From: Laetmonice hystrix
Lineage: Eukaryota
Length of the DNA: 60,000 nucleotides
Assembly (NCBI GenBank): GCA_965235115.1
Contig: OZ249436.1
Coordinates: 34,164,001-34,224,000 of the forward strand
Direction: 5' to 3'
A program made the position numbers and the translations under genes. Positions 1 through 13,081 of the stretch are shown one piece after another (within the stretch, counting starts at the first letter, position 1; every line of letters begins with the position of its first letter). The notes below the pieces were generated by a model that had not been told where the DNA came from, did no database searches, and saw only the letters and a list, made by a program, of their open reading frames with translations.

Positions 1-256
1 AGTTCGTGCTGGTTTGGTTCAGCCAGGGTCATATCATAGTTGGTGCTGGCCTGATATCATAGTTGGCGCTGGTCTGGTTCAGCCAGGCTCATATCATAAT
101 TGGTGCTGGTTTGGTTCAGCAAGATGATATTATAGTTCGTACTGGTCTAGTTCAGCCAGCTATCATAGTTATCATATCATATCGTTAGGTAGTGTTTGTG
201 ATTGTATGGTCCAGCCATCCGCATAACACTCGAGTTGGTGCTGGTTTGATTCAGCC
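1..256. repeat. Degenerate tandem repeat, ~37-bp unit (agttggtgctggtttggttcagcc...atatcat), probably continuing past the left edge
   Basis: Recurrent agtt(g/c)gt(g/a)ctggt(t/c)tggttcagcc...atatcat at about 1, 38 (truncated), 61, 98, 134 and 232. Confidence 0.8.
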
Positions 257-487
257 TGTCGCCGAAGTCAAGGCTGATCCTTGTCTGGTTCGGTTAAGTG
301 ATACCAACTAACGACGACCTGCAAATATTGATTGTTATTATTCTCTTTAAAACAATAGTTTTAATTTTTTAAACCGTAGCTGCTCGGCGAGACCCATTTC
401 TGGTGAGGGTGACGTGTCTGGTCCAGCTGCAAGCCGTGATGTGACCGCGGACCGGCCGCGGGGCAGGGCGGGATGGGGACGGGTCAG

Positions 488-510
488 GGCTGCTGCTGCT
501 GCTGCTGCAG
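488..510. repeat. (CTG)n microsatellite
   Basis: gctgctgctgctgctgctgcag read directly. Confidence 0.85.
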
Positions 511-631
511 GTGTGGGTCAGTCTACAGGTGATACGACCCCCCGGCCAGTGGTATCATACGGACGTCATTATCTACTCCATCACATCACGCTTCATTACC
601 TCCGGCAACCGAGGGCCGTGAACTGGACCCA

Positions 632-930
632 TGTCGGTCCATATCGGCGCATCATCGTCCAGATCGGTTCATATCGGCCCATCATCGTCCATAATATCGG
701 TCGATATCCGACCATCATCGTCCATAATATCGGTCCATATCGGCCCATCATCGTCCATAATATCGGTTCATAATGGACCATCATCGTCCATAATATCGGT
801 TCATATCGGACCATCATCGTCCAGACCGGACCATTATCGTCCAGATTGGACCATATCGACTCGTCATCGTCCATATCGGCCCATCATCGTCCATATCGGC
901 CCATCATCGTCCATATCGGTCCATATCGAC
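632..930. repeat. Minisatellite, 30-33-bp unit (atcggtccatatcggcccatcatcgtccataat) decaying into ~20-bp subunits
   Basis: Visible tandem copies; the overlapping ORFs show an 11-aa period (IGPYRPIIVHN), consistent with 33 bp. Confidence 0.92.
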
Positions 931-1202
931 CACCGTTTGCATTGGTATATAACCTAGCATCTGGTCAAAATGCCCCTCTCCGCCTCGCACTGTTGACCAA
1001 AGCTCGCATGCATAGCCCATAATGAATTCCAATAAGATCGAACTGTGTCACTGGGACTATTGACAGTTGCTTGCCTCTGGAAAGAAAGCATAGTTTGCTG
1101 ACTTCTAAAAAAAGAAGCCGAACCAGCACAACATGAAACGGTGCTATTTGTCATGTCAGCATGGCCTGTTAGTCGTCTTGTCCTGTTCGGTTTTATTCCT
1201 AC

Positions 1203-2099
1203 GTATTTCAACCCCAGCATATATCGGGTGGATAAAAAAAAACGCCCCGAACTTTAAACTCCAATATTTCAAAAAGTATTGATTGTAATTCAATGAAATT
1301 TTTCTTACTATCACTTCATGATGTTGTCTCTTAGTTGTTAATGTTACAACTCAATAGCTTGGATAATATGTCCGTGGGGCTGAAAACAAAAATCATTGTA
1401 CAAAAGCGCAATGCCGGCCTAAAGCGAGTGGTAGTTGCACAAGAGTCCCTGGCCTCACACTAGAGTAGGTGGTCAATTGGTCCCCCGTTTTCACTTCATA
1501 CTGCTCTCAGTCTCTGTTTACATCCGCCAATGCACTTCCTGACCTCTGATAGGGAATTATCTTCCCATTATTGGGAAATAAGCAGCGTTCTGAACGTGTT
1601 GCTAAACGTGATAATGATACGATTCCCCTTGAACTTCTGGTTACAGTCATATCATCCTAATGTTGCAGTTTCTCTGTAGGGTTTGGCACAGTAAACATCT
1701 GGTTTTCTCTAGAACTACTAGGATTAGCACATAATTTATTATATCTAGTGGTTCACAACATTATACTTATTGTAAAACATGCAAAAACTAAATATTGAAA
1801 ATGATTTTACCCAAGGTACAACGCGGTGCATCAAACAGGTATCAAATTGGACACCTGGCAGCTGCATGATATTTGACCTAATTCCGGCATTGTGTTTTTA
1901 GACACTGATTTTTGTTTTTAGCGCCACGGGATTAATATCAAAGCTATTGAGCTGAAACTTTAACATACAAGAGATAATATCATGAAGTTATATTAAGAGA
2001 AATTTTATTGAATTATAATGCAAAGTTATTGAAATATTAAAGTTTAAAGTTCGGGGCGTTTTTTTTTATCCACCCGATATAATACTGGGGTTGAAATAC
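1203..2099. repeat. 15-bp perfect inverted repeat (pre-existing hairpin) split by the MITE
   Basis: gtatttcaaccccag (1203-1217) and ctggggttgaaatac (2085-2099) are exact reverse complements lying outside the TA duplications. Confidence 0.85.
1222..2079. mobile_element. Non-autonomous DNA transposon (MITE), Tc1/mariner-like, with ~196-bp imperfect TIRs and TA target-site duplication
   Basis: Left end TA|tatcgggtggataaaaaaaaacgccccgaactttaaact...aatgccgg (1222-1417) is the reverse complement of ccggcatt...agtttaaagttcggggcgtttttttttatccacccgata|TA (1884-2079). TA at 1220-1221 and 2080-2081. No transposase ORF inside. Confidence 0.92.
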
Positions 2100-2603
2100 T
2101 TTTTGTGTAACCCGTATAACCATAATACAACAAATGTAATGTGTTCATGGTTCTGGGCTTGGTACAACTTACATCATACACTCCGGCTTGAAGTGACGAC
2201 ATATTTATCAAGGAGTAGGAGGATTGAGCCCACTGATTGACACTCCAAGATCTATTGATGCCCACACATGGACCACTCCTGGAGCAATGTTGATGGCCCG
2301 ATAATGGTTGTACTTAGTTCTTATTACCCGTTCTAAGTCTGTCAGGCTTGGTTCCATCAGGGACGTGGGGGTCAAGCTGTCTCAAAGCAGTGTCAAAAAG
2401 GGCATGACCCAGGAGGGGGTAATGATGTTGTAGGGTTTGACCGCTGTCAATACACCATTCATCAGTTACCCCCACCCCCTCGTCCTCTAACCACACCCTC
2501 CCACCTCCAGACAGGTGAGACAAGGATATGCCAGACTGACACCTTAACAATACATACCTATGATATATAAACCCCACGTCGCCACCGGTCGCCTTCATTG
2601 ATG

Positions 2604-2653
2604 CCCCCACCCCACCCCACCCCTCCCCACCCCACCCCATCCCTCCTCCCCAC
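2604..2653. repeat. (CCCCA)n-like C-rich simple repeat; G-quadruplex-forming potential on the minus strand
   Basis: cccccaccccaccccacccctccccaccccaccccatccctcctccccacc. Confidence 0.75.
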
Positions 2654-3384
2654 CAGGGTTCAGCCTCTTAACCTGCATTCCCCATCAGTACACAACTTTT
2701 TGGGGCGCTCATAAAAAGAAAGATTCATGTTTCTTTGCATTTCTTTGAGCCGTCAGTGGGAAGAGTCAGGGAAGATGAGGGTCCACAGGACCTTAGGTTC
2801 ACCTGTTGTGTCTATAGACTCTGGCCTAAGATCTCTCCAGGTCGACAGAGGATGACTCTAGGTTCCTTCAGATTAAACATGGTCTGTCCACATACTTAAG
2901 CAGTAGTTAGAGTGGCAGACAATGCCCGTACAAAACATGACAGTCGTGTCCAGTTTCCTCGCCGTTTGCTGTGAAGTGGCCAGACCCCGCCGGTCGCCAC
3001 CAGGCTTGAAACCCAATCTCCCTGCCCTACACAATACTCGGACAGGCCCAACCCGGGTATATACCTGGCTGAATACCTGCACCCCACCCCTCCCACTCTC
3101 ACACCACTCAACTGACCGCTACCTTTCATTCCGATAGGCGACATTTTCCCATGGCTGTCCCCCCAGCGTCGCTCCATCCTTCATCCCTGCGAGCTCCTCC
3201 TCCCCCTGTCCCCCCTTTCACACCCTCTCCGTCTCTCCACCCCTACCTTCCCAACCCCCGCCTCAGGTCGTGACGTGTCCACTGCTCAGCGTCCAGTCAA
3301 ACCAAATATTTGGTCAGGCTGAGGAGACCATTGTGGTTCACTCAGGCGTGCCCGATAGTCACTCGCTACAAAGCCAGGCCGGTG

Positions 3385-3560
3385 ATAAACCTTTGATTTG
3401 CAATTATGCTAAATGGACCAATAAATCTACACCAGTCAGGTTCTCAGTCGGGAGGTGAGCGAAAACTATGGGTTGGCCTTGTTTGATGGGGCAGGAGCTC
3501 AGCAGGTATTAAAGGTTCGCCGTATAAAAGGCAGAGCGCCGTGCAACGATAGCCACAGAA
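3385..3560 (+). promoter_or_regulatory. Candidate cis-regulatory/core-promoter cluster (TCF-like ctttgat, octamer/POU-like atttgcaattatgctaaat, CCAAT, TATAAAAG)
   Basis: Motifs read directly: cctttgatttgcaattatgctaaatggaccaataa (about 3390-3423) and tataaaag at 3523-3530. No transcript evidence. Confidence 0.25.
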
Positions 3561-4861
3561 ACTCGGCGGCAGATTCAAAGTGTTGGCTTGCGAAAAGCTT
3601 CAGTTCCTAGAACTGTCACTGTCCAGCATAGCTTTGGCTGCCCCAATCTCCAGTTGGGAAGGAACTATAATTTTGATAACTCACGTACTCTGATCATGCG
3701 CTGTGGAAGGGTCGGGGAGGGAATTGCTCTGTGAGAGAAATACACTGATCTATCATTCCAGTCTATGTTTTACGGAGAGTAAACTAACAAAAATTGCTCG
3801 TACTGCAATATTTTTTTTTCTTAGGACGCTACAGCAGCTATCATATCGTGCAAAATACTCTTCTTTTCTACTAGCATGGCAATAGATAGTCTTATAAAAA
3901 TAGTTTGAGAGTAATAAGTATGAGTCTGTGTGGATGTACATACCTGTTGACCTATTGCACTGACCCTTGGAGATACGAGGCAGAGCTAGTGCAAATCTAA
4001 GCAGATACCCCCTTGGGGCAGAAATTGGAATTTGCATTCGTAATATTGGAAACACATGTAATGAAACGGAGGATTGAGGCGGCTATTTTTCTGTGTTAGC
4101 CGGGCAACCTTTGCCACGGGCGGGCAGCATAGTTTACAGGCGGGCCGGCCCAGGGCCTGGAGGGCGTATTTACAGTGGCGGCTGCCAGGAAACAGTTTAA
4201 CCTTGCCGATCATCACTCGGAGTTTCACTCTCTACATTAACCTATCCACTCGCCGTCTGCTCTTCCTCCTCTCTCTCCTCCTCCTCCTCCTCCCTTCTCC
4301 CTCCATCCTCCCCATCCTCCTGCTCGCGGAACAGGTACCCTGACCTTGGAAGTCTGACAGCGGAATGCGGAGGCGCCCAGCCTGACCCCTCTCCATCTCT
4401 CGAGGGGTAACTATCAGGGGGCCTTTGAGGAAGGGGTTGGTGATATGTAAGTGGTTCACGGGGTGGGGTTAAGGGGATATCCCTGTCCAGTATGGATCAG
4501 CTCAGGCCCCAATCGGGAGTTTATCCCCTTCTCCCTGACATTCCCGTGTCAGCCCCTGTTAGGTCCGGCCTTAGCATGAATGGCAGCAAATAGGGGTCAG
4601 CGCTACTCGTGACCTCTAGAATGCCAGGGCTATAGCTGACAAGTCGAGCAAGCTAGCAGGGTAGTGTTTAGCAACTTCTCAAGTCATCAGGGAGGTTCAC
4701 TGTAGTGGCACTTACTGACTCACAGACAGGCAGACGTAGCGATAATATAGTCTAGCTAGGGGCTCTAGGAGTAGAAGGTGTACGGAACTAAAATAGATCG
4801 TTGGAGGCCAGTGAGGGAATGATCTTGTAGCTAGTACCGCCACCAGATTGATAAACCTTGA

Positions 4862-5031
4862 AGGGGCGAAGCCAAGGACAGGGGACAGATAGGGCCCTTC
4901 CCCTTTGGCACCAATATATTTTCTTCCTTTTTTTTAATAGTCGCGCTTCATGAATTGGCCCTGCTGCCCCCTGACCCCCCGTTTAGCTTTCAATCTTGGA
5001 CCCCCTTTTTCTTTCCAATATCTGGATCCAG
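4862..5031. mobile_element. Heavily decayed short MITE remnant of the 'AGGGGCGGATCCAG...CTGGATCCGCC' type
   Basis: Left aggggcgaagccaagga and right ggaccccc(t)nctttccaatatctggatccag resemble degenerate termini of a common invertebrate hairpin-MITE type; pairing is poor. Confidence 0.35.
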
Positions 5032-8000
5032 TAATCTGCCGTATTATTGTATGCTTTGTTATTGACATCCTCGCAATGAATCGTTGATTTAGAACAATTA
5101 ATTATAGCACTGTTACCATCGTTACCATCGACACACAGTTTCTTTATGAGACCACCTTAAAGAGAATGCCAACTTCTTCCCTTATGCTCAATAAGAAATG
5201 AGATTTTCCGAAGATCTGATTCGAATCACATGGACAGAAAGAATCCCACTGAGTTCGGACAAGTATGGCGCCGGAATTCGATACCAATGAAGAAGCTTGC
5301 ATGACACAGGCATTGGCTGCTATCTCTGACAATTACTGATGGCACCGACCCAGGTTAATCTTCAACTGATCCAGCCACTGCCATCAGAGTTTAATCTGGC
5401 ACAACCTGTATGGCCGCCATTAGTAGAACGACATCGGAGATGAGCAGTGTAATATTGGAAATCTGAGATTCCAACCGATCACCTTCTACAAGCGTCACAG
5501 GCCTCATGATATATAGCAAACATGAACCGTTACTCATATTTAACTCAAAGGTTGGGAGTTGACATCAGGAATGTTATAACTACGTTGTAATGATTCCTGG
5601 TTTTATTGCTTCCAGTCGTCGTAACATAATTAATTGGAATGAACCTATATTTTTATATTATGGGAGTATGGATGTATATTTATGTCCCTTACTCCCCGCT
5701 CTCGCTGCCCACGTGACCTATATCGACTAACCTCAGCGTCCAAGGATTTAATATTGCTGACCTGACGAGTTCATTGCCATGGATGTGTATCATGTCGTAA
5801 TGGTCTATATCTGTCAGGTCGCTATAGCCCCTCCCCAGGAACCAGCCATCTTTATGATGCTACCATTTGCTCATTTTAGTACCAGCCAAAATGTAGGTTA
5901 ATTGAAATTGACATGTGATGCCACAGGGTGTTATGGGCATTTAAAGGCCATATGTCAATTGATGTATGGTAGATAATCATGCCGGTGTTACGGCTGTGTG
6001 ACACGATTTTCATGAAATGAATCCATGTCACATCTTAACTTTCCTCTCCCGTTATCATCCTCCACTTCAGAAGGTGACGCACCTCTATTTCACTCTCTCC
6101 ACATTCTAATTGGCGCGTTCTTTATTAAGTTGTCATTGAAACATTATAGAAGACATGTCTGTAAATAACTAGTTATTATGTCATGGCAGTTTCAATCTGA
6201 CAGCGTTTCTGAAGGAATGTAGTACGCACACAGATAATTGTAAAGTGTTATCACAGGGCTGGTAACAAAATGTGTAAGACTTGCAGTATTCCGTGTAACA
6301 CTGGAAGATGTGACTGAACTTTAGTTCGCAATGGTTGTATTTGAAGAATTACTACCATGGCTATTTACCTTATTGATATTGTGTTGATTGTAAACCAAAA
6401 AAGAAAGGCGACCAAGAAAGTTAGTTCTCTCCAGGGACAGGTCGTCTATAACGTATAATGCCATGGGAACCATGCCATGACGATCCTGTACGTCCGGACC
6501 GTTCCCAATGTACGCTACGTGACGTGTCCTTTAAGGATCACCATCAGTTTACCTAACAGAAGGTCCCAGAAGGAGCACTGGTGAACTTTCTACAGTATAA
6601 TACTAGGCCCTCAAAGTTCTCACCAAACATTCCGTAGTGGGATACGAAATGAATGAAACATGATCAATCTGAGGAAATGTAGAATTTACGTGAAAACGCA
6701 ATGTTGTCAGCGTTTCTTGCGAACATCTCTTCCTTTAAAAGTTGTATTTTCACAAAAGCCTCAGTGTCAGGTTATTTATGTGTGGAAGAGGATGCTGGGA
6801 AAAAACGAGTCGTATGCCAGCAGGTATAACGTTTTTAGATAAACCTTTAAATTCACAGGTGCAAAGCCTGGCCATTATCGGTCTCTTTATGCGTTTTTTA
6901 CACATTTTCTCTGCCGGTAGAATTTTATACATGGTATAATTAAAAGCAATGTGCCACATGTTTAGGTGTGTAAGGTCAAACAAAACATGCATAGCCTAAA
7001 AAAGTTAATGGGAATTGCTTGGTATTAGTCAACAGCTAGCACACAAAGGTGGAAAACTGCTCACTTGTCAACAGGGGTCAAGATGTGCTCAGCAAGGAAG
7101 GTGAGTTAGTCAGAGCAATGGAAGAAAAAAGTTAGAAACACATAATGCGGGTCAGCTGCAAGTGTCAGACCGCATTTTAATGTGAGATAAACGCGTTGCG
7201 TCACATGTGTTGGGTTACACCGAAACCCTACTCACAGCGACAAAAAAAGTTGAAATGTCATTCGTTTCTTCTTTCAACAGTCGCCCCGGGACATGTAATG
7301 GGTCACTTCATATTTCAGTGAAGGTTTTCAACATGAAATGACACGATGCATCAAGGCAGTGAGCAGTTGGATGGTGCCATTAAAAGTTCCAAGTGCAGCA
7401 TACCGCAAGAATACGCCGTTACGATGTCCCCTGGAGAAATATGCTCAGCTGGAAACAAAAACTTAGTTTCATCCGAAAAACATAAAGAAAGAAAAAAGAA
7501 AGTTACTGAGCATAATTTGTTTTATGCTGTTGCACTCATTAGCTTCTTTCAGCGTTTATGTGAGAAGTTGAAAGCTGTCGGAGGGTGAAATGTTGATAAT
7601 GGGAGATTGTTTTTTTTTGAGAGAGAGAGGCAGCACCTGTGAAGCCGTCAGCAAGGTTTCGTCCGACACAGGACCCAGCCTCAGGGATCACCGCCCGCCT
7701 CGCTCCCCACTGTTACGTGATAAAAGTCCATCACCTTGAAGTCCTTGTCACAGAGGACTTCCATATCCTCACCTTCCTAATCGTATCAAAAACCTTTGTT
7801 ACCTAACTTAAATTGAGTGCTTGGTAATGAGGAAATGGGATTATCACAATCCGGCGGATCAGGAGGGCGTTGGGAACTTCACTCTCAGCCATAGAGATTT
7901 TAATGGAAGTGTAAAGACCAAACAAGACATCAGCTGATGGGATTTTCCTAAATCTCTTATAGGTGACAGTGGTGTCTGCAATGGAGCTGAGACAGAATAC

Positions 8001-11000
8001 AGTTTCATTACATTCCTCGGTTATGATAGCAATTTGTAACAAAAAGTAAAACGGATCAAGCTGGGTCCATTAACTGAAAGTGAACAATTATCAGTGGGTG
8101 GAAATGTCCAGACAATAATAGATGCCCAGGTAAATGTCAAACAGACCTTTGTCTTTGTAACACCATAATTCACTTTTAACTTGACTTTCAGAAATAATTG
8201 GAACTTCTCTCTGAGACGTTTTCTTTGAAGTTGACACCTTGATGTCGAGGATCATGAAAGAATGATGAAGGTTTGATTGCATGACCTAGAAGAGGCCAGC
8301 CTAACATTATGGCGCCAATAAAAGAATGTTGTTCAGGGCCGACACTGAGTCCTATGACGTCTTGCTGCTGCATGTTGTATTTCTTTAAAGGTAAAAACGC
8401 TTCTTGTACGGTAAGGCCTTAAGGCCAAGGGATGTATACTGCTATGTACTCGGAATGGCCAGGAGCTAGTCTATAATATCATCTATGGAATCATTATATG
8501 TTATATACCGGTCCATAATTAGATTGACGTCAGAGTTGGCCGCACAAAGAGGGTCGTCCTCTTGTCGGCGTCACAGATGCGTTATTCAAAGTCCATCCAT
8601 TGGTATTTACAATGCATTTATTTTGATATAATGTTTCTTTCTTTTTCTCATGTGTTTTTTTTTCTTATCACATTCACCCTCATTACTTCCCTGTTTATGT
8701 GTGATAAAAAAAATACCATATATCAACCTGTGCCCCCAGCCGAGCATGCAGGTGTCGGACCTGTGAACCTTAAACAAAGACTATGGTATGGTTTGATTAT
8801 CATCTCCGACCTGACCCGGCACACACGGCGATGTTCAGGAGGAGGCTCTGCTCCAGCTCGCAATAACATTCGATAAACGTATAAAGCGTTTCCCCATCTG
8901 AATCTAACGTTATTGTGACTTTTTATATTACCCATTCGCTGAGGTTAGAGATTCGTGTGGAGTTGAGTTGGGGTCGACAAGGGAGGGGGTGTAAGGTGAA
9001 AGTGGTGTTAAACTCTACCTCTGTCCCTTAACGTGATCACAGACAGCTAAGTGACCAGCAGGCACAGGAAGGGCATCTCTATTATGAGCTGATTTCATGT
9101 CTGGTGACCACTGACTGGGCGGGCGGCGGACCTGTGCAAGTACTCTGACCCGACGCTAACCATTTACTACTGCTCGATACGACTTCCAAGAACAGGTTGG
9201 AAATAGGGCTAATTACTGGCTTTAGGAGATGGATGCGTAAAAAAAGACATGGATTTGATAGTGCCATGATAGTGCACGGTTGTGATGGAAATGGTTTTAC
9301 GGAGAGGATAGGGGGTGTACATTGAAACCAAAGTAATATAGGTTTTAGAATGGTGGCTGAACTTGTATTATACATAGATGGTTTGATAATAAAATTAGCT
9401 TTATTTTACAAGTTTATTGTACGGTATCTTTTGTTTTGTCCAAATCTACAAGGTGATCGGCATGGCTCATTATAATCAGCCGTATAATTCGACCCTAGAT
9501 TTATTGTTGAGTAGTGATTAGAATGATAACTATCTTCATTGTAGCACTGGGTATAGTGCAGGGGGCAGAAGAGTTATCTTATACCGCACATCCCCCTCCC
9601 CCCAAAAAAAGAAATGACAAGAAAGGGGTTTGAAGCCAGTGGAGGAGATAGTTAGGATAAGAGGCTAACAAGAGGAAGCATCCAAGGAAACGAGTGGTTT
9701 TCATGTTGGGCATGCACAGCAAACATAATGGGGCTGGCAGGTAGTTTGGAGGCAGTGGACGGCAGATTAAAATGGTTGATTCTCATGTTAGGGCACGGCA
9801 GAGGGGGCGTCGGCCGACATGGCACAGGGCGGGCCGGGCGGCCCATAATGGCACACCTGAGGCAAATATTTCCTACTGTTGCAACGTGAAGCTTTTGATG
9901 TGGCAGGCAATGAGTGGGAACAATGCAGGTGGTGTCATCAGCGGCTTACCTGGTCAGGTAATTATTCTCTGACAAATCCCCCGCGAAACAACCACTCCCT
10001 CCAAAGCCAAAGCTGATCTTTCTTTTGAATGTGAGTAAGATTAGCAGTAAATGGTCCTACATGCAGTCAATTATCATGTCAAAGATATACAGATACGTTA
10101 TGGAATCCTTTCAAACAGGGTAGTTATACATGCAGGTATACTATTGCAATATTCATGGATGTGTAAACTGTCTTTATACTCATATTAAAACATTTATAAA
10201 TTTGCAAGCTTTCTAAAATGAGACTTTCCTGTGTAGGCGATTGTGAGGGGTTCTGTTGTATTGAAGAAATCGATGAGTGTCTGTAAGCAGGCCCCTAGCA
10301 GACGACTGCCACCAGCGAAAATCTTATTTATTGAATTGCGTTTTTGAAGTGGAAGAATCTCAAAGTAGCCTTATGACTCTTTGTCCACTTGAGAATGTGA
10401 AACTTTATTCAGAGACAGGCTCCGTTCCAAACATAGCTCAAATAAGCACGCAATCTTCAACCTGAGTAAGAATCTCAAAAATAAGAAGTTGTTGAAATGT
10501 GTGATCTGCTAGGTAAGAAAAATATCAGTATTTATTTGAAGCTTTTCGAATTCACTTCATGTCATCAAAGAGTTGTGGAATGTGACACAAGTAGTGTTAT
10601 TTCGAGACAGTTGGGTAAGTGGCCATTGTCGTAGGAAGTCAGGCTTAAAAAACCGCTCACAAAGGAGACTGGGCTGAGGATGTGCGGCCAAGACGAAGTC
10701 GGTGTACGAACAAACCATCAGCTTCGATGGACACTAATCGAGACTATCCCTCTTCACACTCACACGCCACTGCTTTTAATTATCAAAGCCCAAAACCATT
10801 GTCTAAAACGCGGCAAATTAATGATATTAATTGTGTTGTTTCCAGCTGGATTGGCTTTGCGCCAAGACGTTGGCTGTCGAACCTGTGAGCTAAAACACAT
10901 GGTCGCGTCGTCCTCCTGTACGTGTGCCGGGGGAGCGTGTTGGTGGCGTTGACTCATAGGTGGAGCCACCGGGCCTACCGTCTCCGAGACAATGCACAAG

Positions 11001-13030
11001 GATACACGTTTAACACACACGCTGCAGTGATTAAAGTTGGGGTCTTTTGTCGCAGTCAGCTACCTTTTCATTTTGTTAGCTCATGGTCGCTTACAGACAC
11101 AATTATTAGGTAACTGGTCCATGCCTGGATATTGATTGTAACAACACTTTTTTCTTCTCTCTTTTTGAGGCGAAGGGGGTGGGGTTAGGGCTTTAGTCTT
11201 TGTAATACTACGTTAAGTCCGGTTTGACCCTTTGCGACACTATCATGGTGAAAATTCCATTCTTTGTTCGATCAGAATTCACGCCTTTATCTTCGAATAA
11301 TGTTTCTGTTTGAATCGTCGTCATGTCACGAAAGGCATGTTTTTTTGAGTGTGTAAATGTCATTGCCATGTTGGAGTTTATGACGCATGTAGGCCTATCT
11401 CACGTTATGATTGACCCGACGGCATAACTGTCAGTTAACACAGACCAGTTATATGTGGCACATAATGATCGCATGTCAGTCGATCTTACGTGGCGACGAT
11501 CTGTGTATTTAAAGTACGGTTCAACTCTTCCCCTTAAGTTAGTACACTCATTCAACAGGTTAAAACTGAAAGGTTATTTCCCGATTAATTCTGTCTAATC
11601 TGGGAGACGTGTAAGATGGCTCACTATAGGTGCTACGTGATGCTAACGTGCTACCACTGTTTGCAGGGCTCTATGGAGGACATAAAATCGGGAGGTCACC
11701 AGTGGCCCCGAGCGAGGACCACAATCTTTGTCACAGCTAGCTCAAGTTTCCTGGAAATCATGCTTTTCATGTGACCTCCAAACCCAGAAAATTGGCAGGG
11801 GGCAGGGACTGCAATCTCCATGGAAACTGATCACTTCCCTGAGTGATACTCCACACAACATCCCACCCCACCCAGCCCGCTCTGAGCTAGGAGTCCCCAA
11901 GAGATGGTATCCCTTGTACAACTAAGTAAATACTCCTGACTAGCCAGACCTCAGGTCACAATCGGCAGGCTGTCCCACGGCTGTTGGCTCCATTCCACAG
12001 TTCCAACGGGAACTTTTTCTTTTGAATTCAACCAATGAGACACAGGGATCCAAAAGGCGGGAAGAGAAGCCAGGGCCGGGAACCATGGATAGGTAATTGT
12101 GACTTAGGGGTGAGGAAAGGGGGGTAGCGGCAGACAGATGTTTTAACACTCGAGGGGCATGGAGGGCCGACCTCTCAGTGGGAGTCAGATGACAAAGGGC
12201 AGCCATGTTTTCCCTGCAGTTGCCCTCGATCATGTCTCAGTGACCCCGGCACACTAGGGAAATCTTTGGGAGCAGGCGGTGTGGCGGGCCCCGGCTGGCT
12301 GGGTCTGATAGAGTGGCTGGGCCGGGGCGAGGCGGCACTGCGGGCGGCGCCGCGCCCGGCTGTGAATGGGGACAGCCTCCAACTGGTAGGCGAGATGAAC
12401 GCGCTGGAGGAACACTCCAGGGTTAGGACCCAGACCCGGCAGAGGTCAAGGCATCTGGCCACGGCTACTATGGCTGTGTACTATGGCGGCGGGCTGGAGC
12501 AGGCTCCAGCGGGGAAGGAATGGCAGACTCCCTGGGGGTCGACATGTTAGGTACCTCCAGCAAGCGGGAAACACACACCTAACCTTTGAGTACCGCATTA
12601 CTGGCTAAATCATAACACCAGTAACACAATTTGAAGTGCAAATAAACTTCAAATGTACCAGGAAGGATTCGTCATGCAAGCAGACCATATATTGAATTAG
12701 AGATTCTCAGGTTTATGAATGTTATCGTGAAAAGTTATGTACTTTTAAATGATGATTAAAGTACAAATATACCTAAGTTTGAGAGCAATATAAATCTGTA
12801 GGGCGAACGGCGTATGCCTGTGGTTCAAGAGTATGATAAAGGTCAGAAGGCGGTGATTTCTTCTTCCTTGTTCTTTTCAATCTGTATTGGAGTAAGTAGA
12901 AAACGAAGGTGGCTGGGGGCTCATTCATTACCAGGGCCTGGCCTGCCCCCGGTGTTGGCCGGGGCTTGGCCCGCCACGCCTAACATGGTGGTGTGAGTTG
13001 TGATCGCTATCTGGGCAGGTCACCCTCACC

Positions 13031-13081
13031 TGTGTGTGTGGTGGTGGTGGTGGTGGTGGTGGGCGGCGGCGGCAGCAGCAG
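13031..13081. repeat. Compound microsatellite (TG)n-(GGT)n-(GGC)n-(CAG)n
   Basis: tgtgtgtgtggtggtggtggtggtggtggtgggcggcggcggcagcagcag. Confidence 0.85.

Noticed and set aside
414..957. Repetitive ORFs on both strands
   Set aside because: Derived from the 33-bp minisatellite and the CTG run.
7058..7106. Possible 26-nt + strand exon (cag|gggtcaagatgtgctcagcaaggaag|gtgagt)
   Set aside because: Good donor but weak acceptor pyrimidine tract; such matches are expected by chance in 60 kb.
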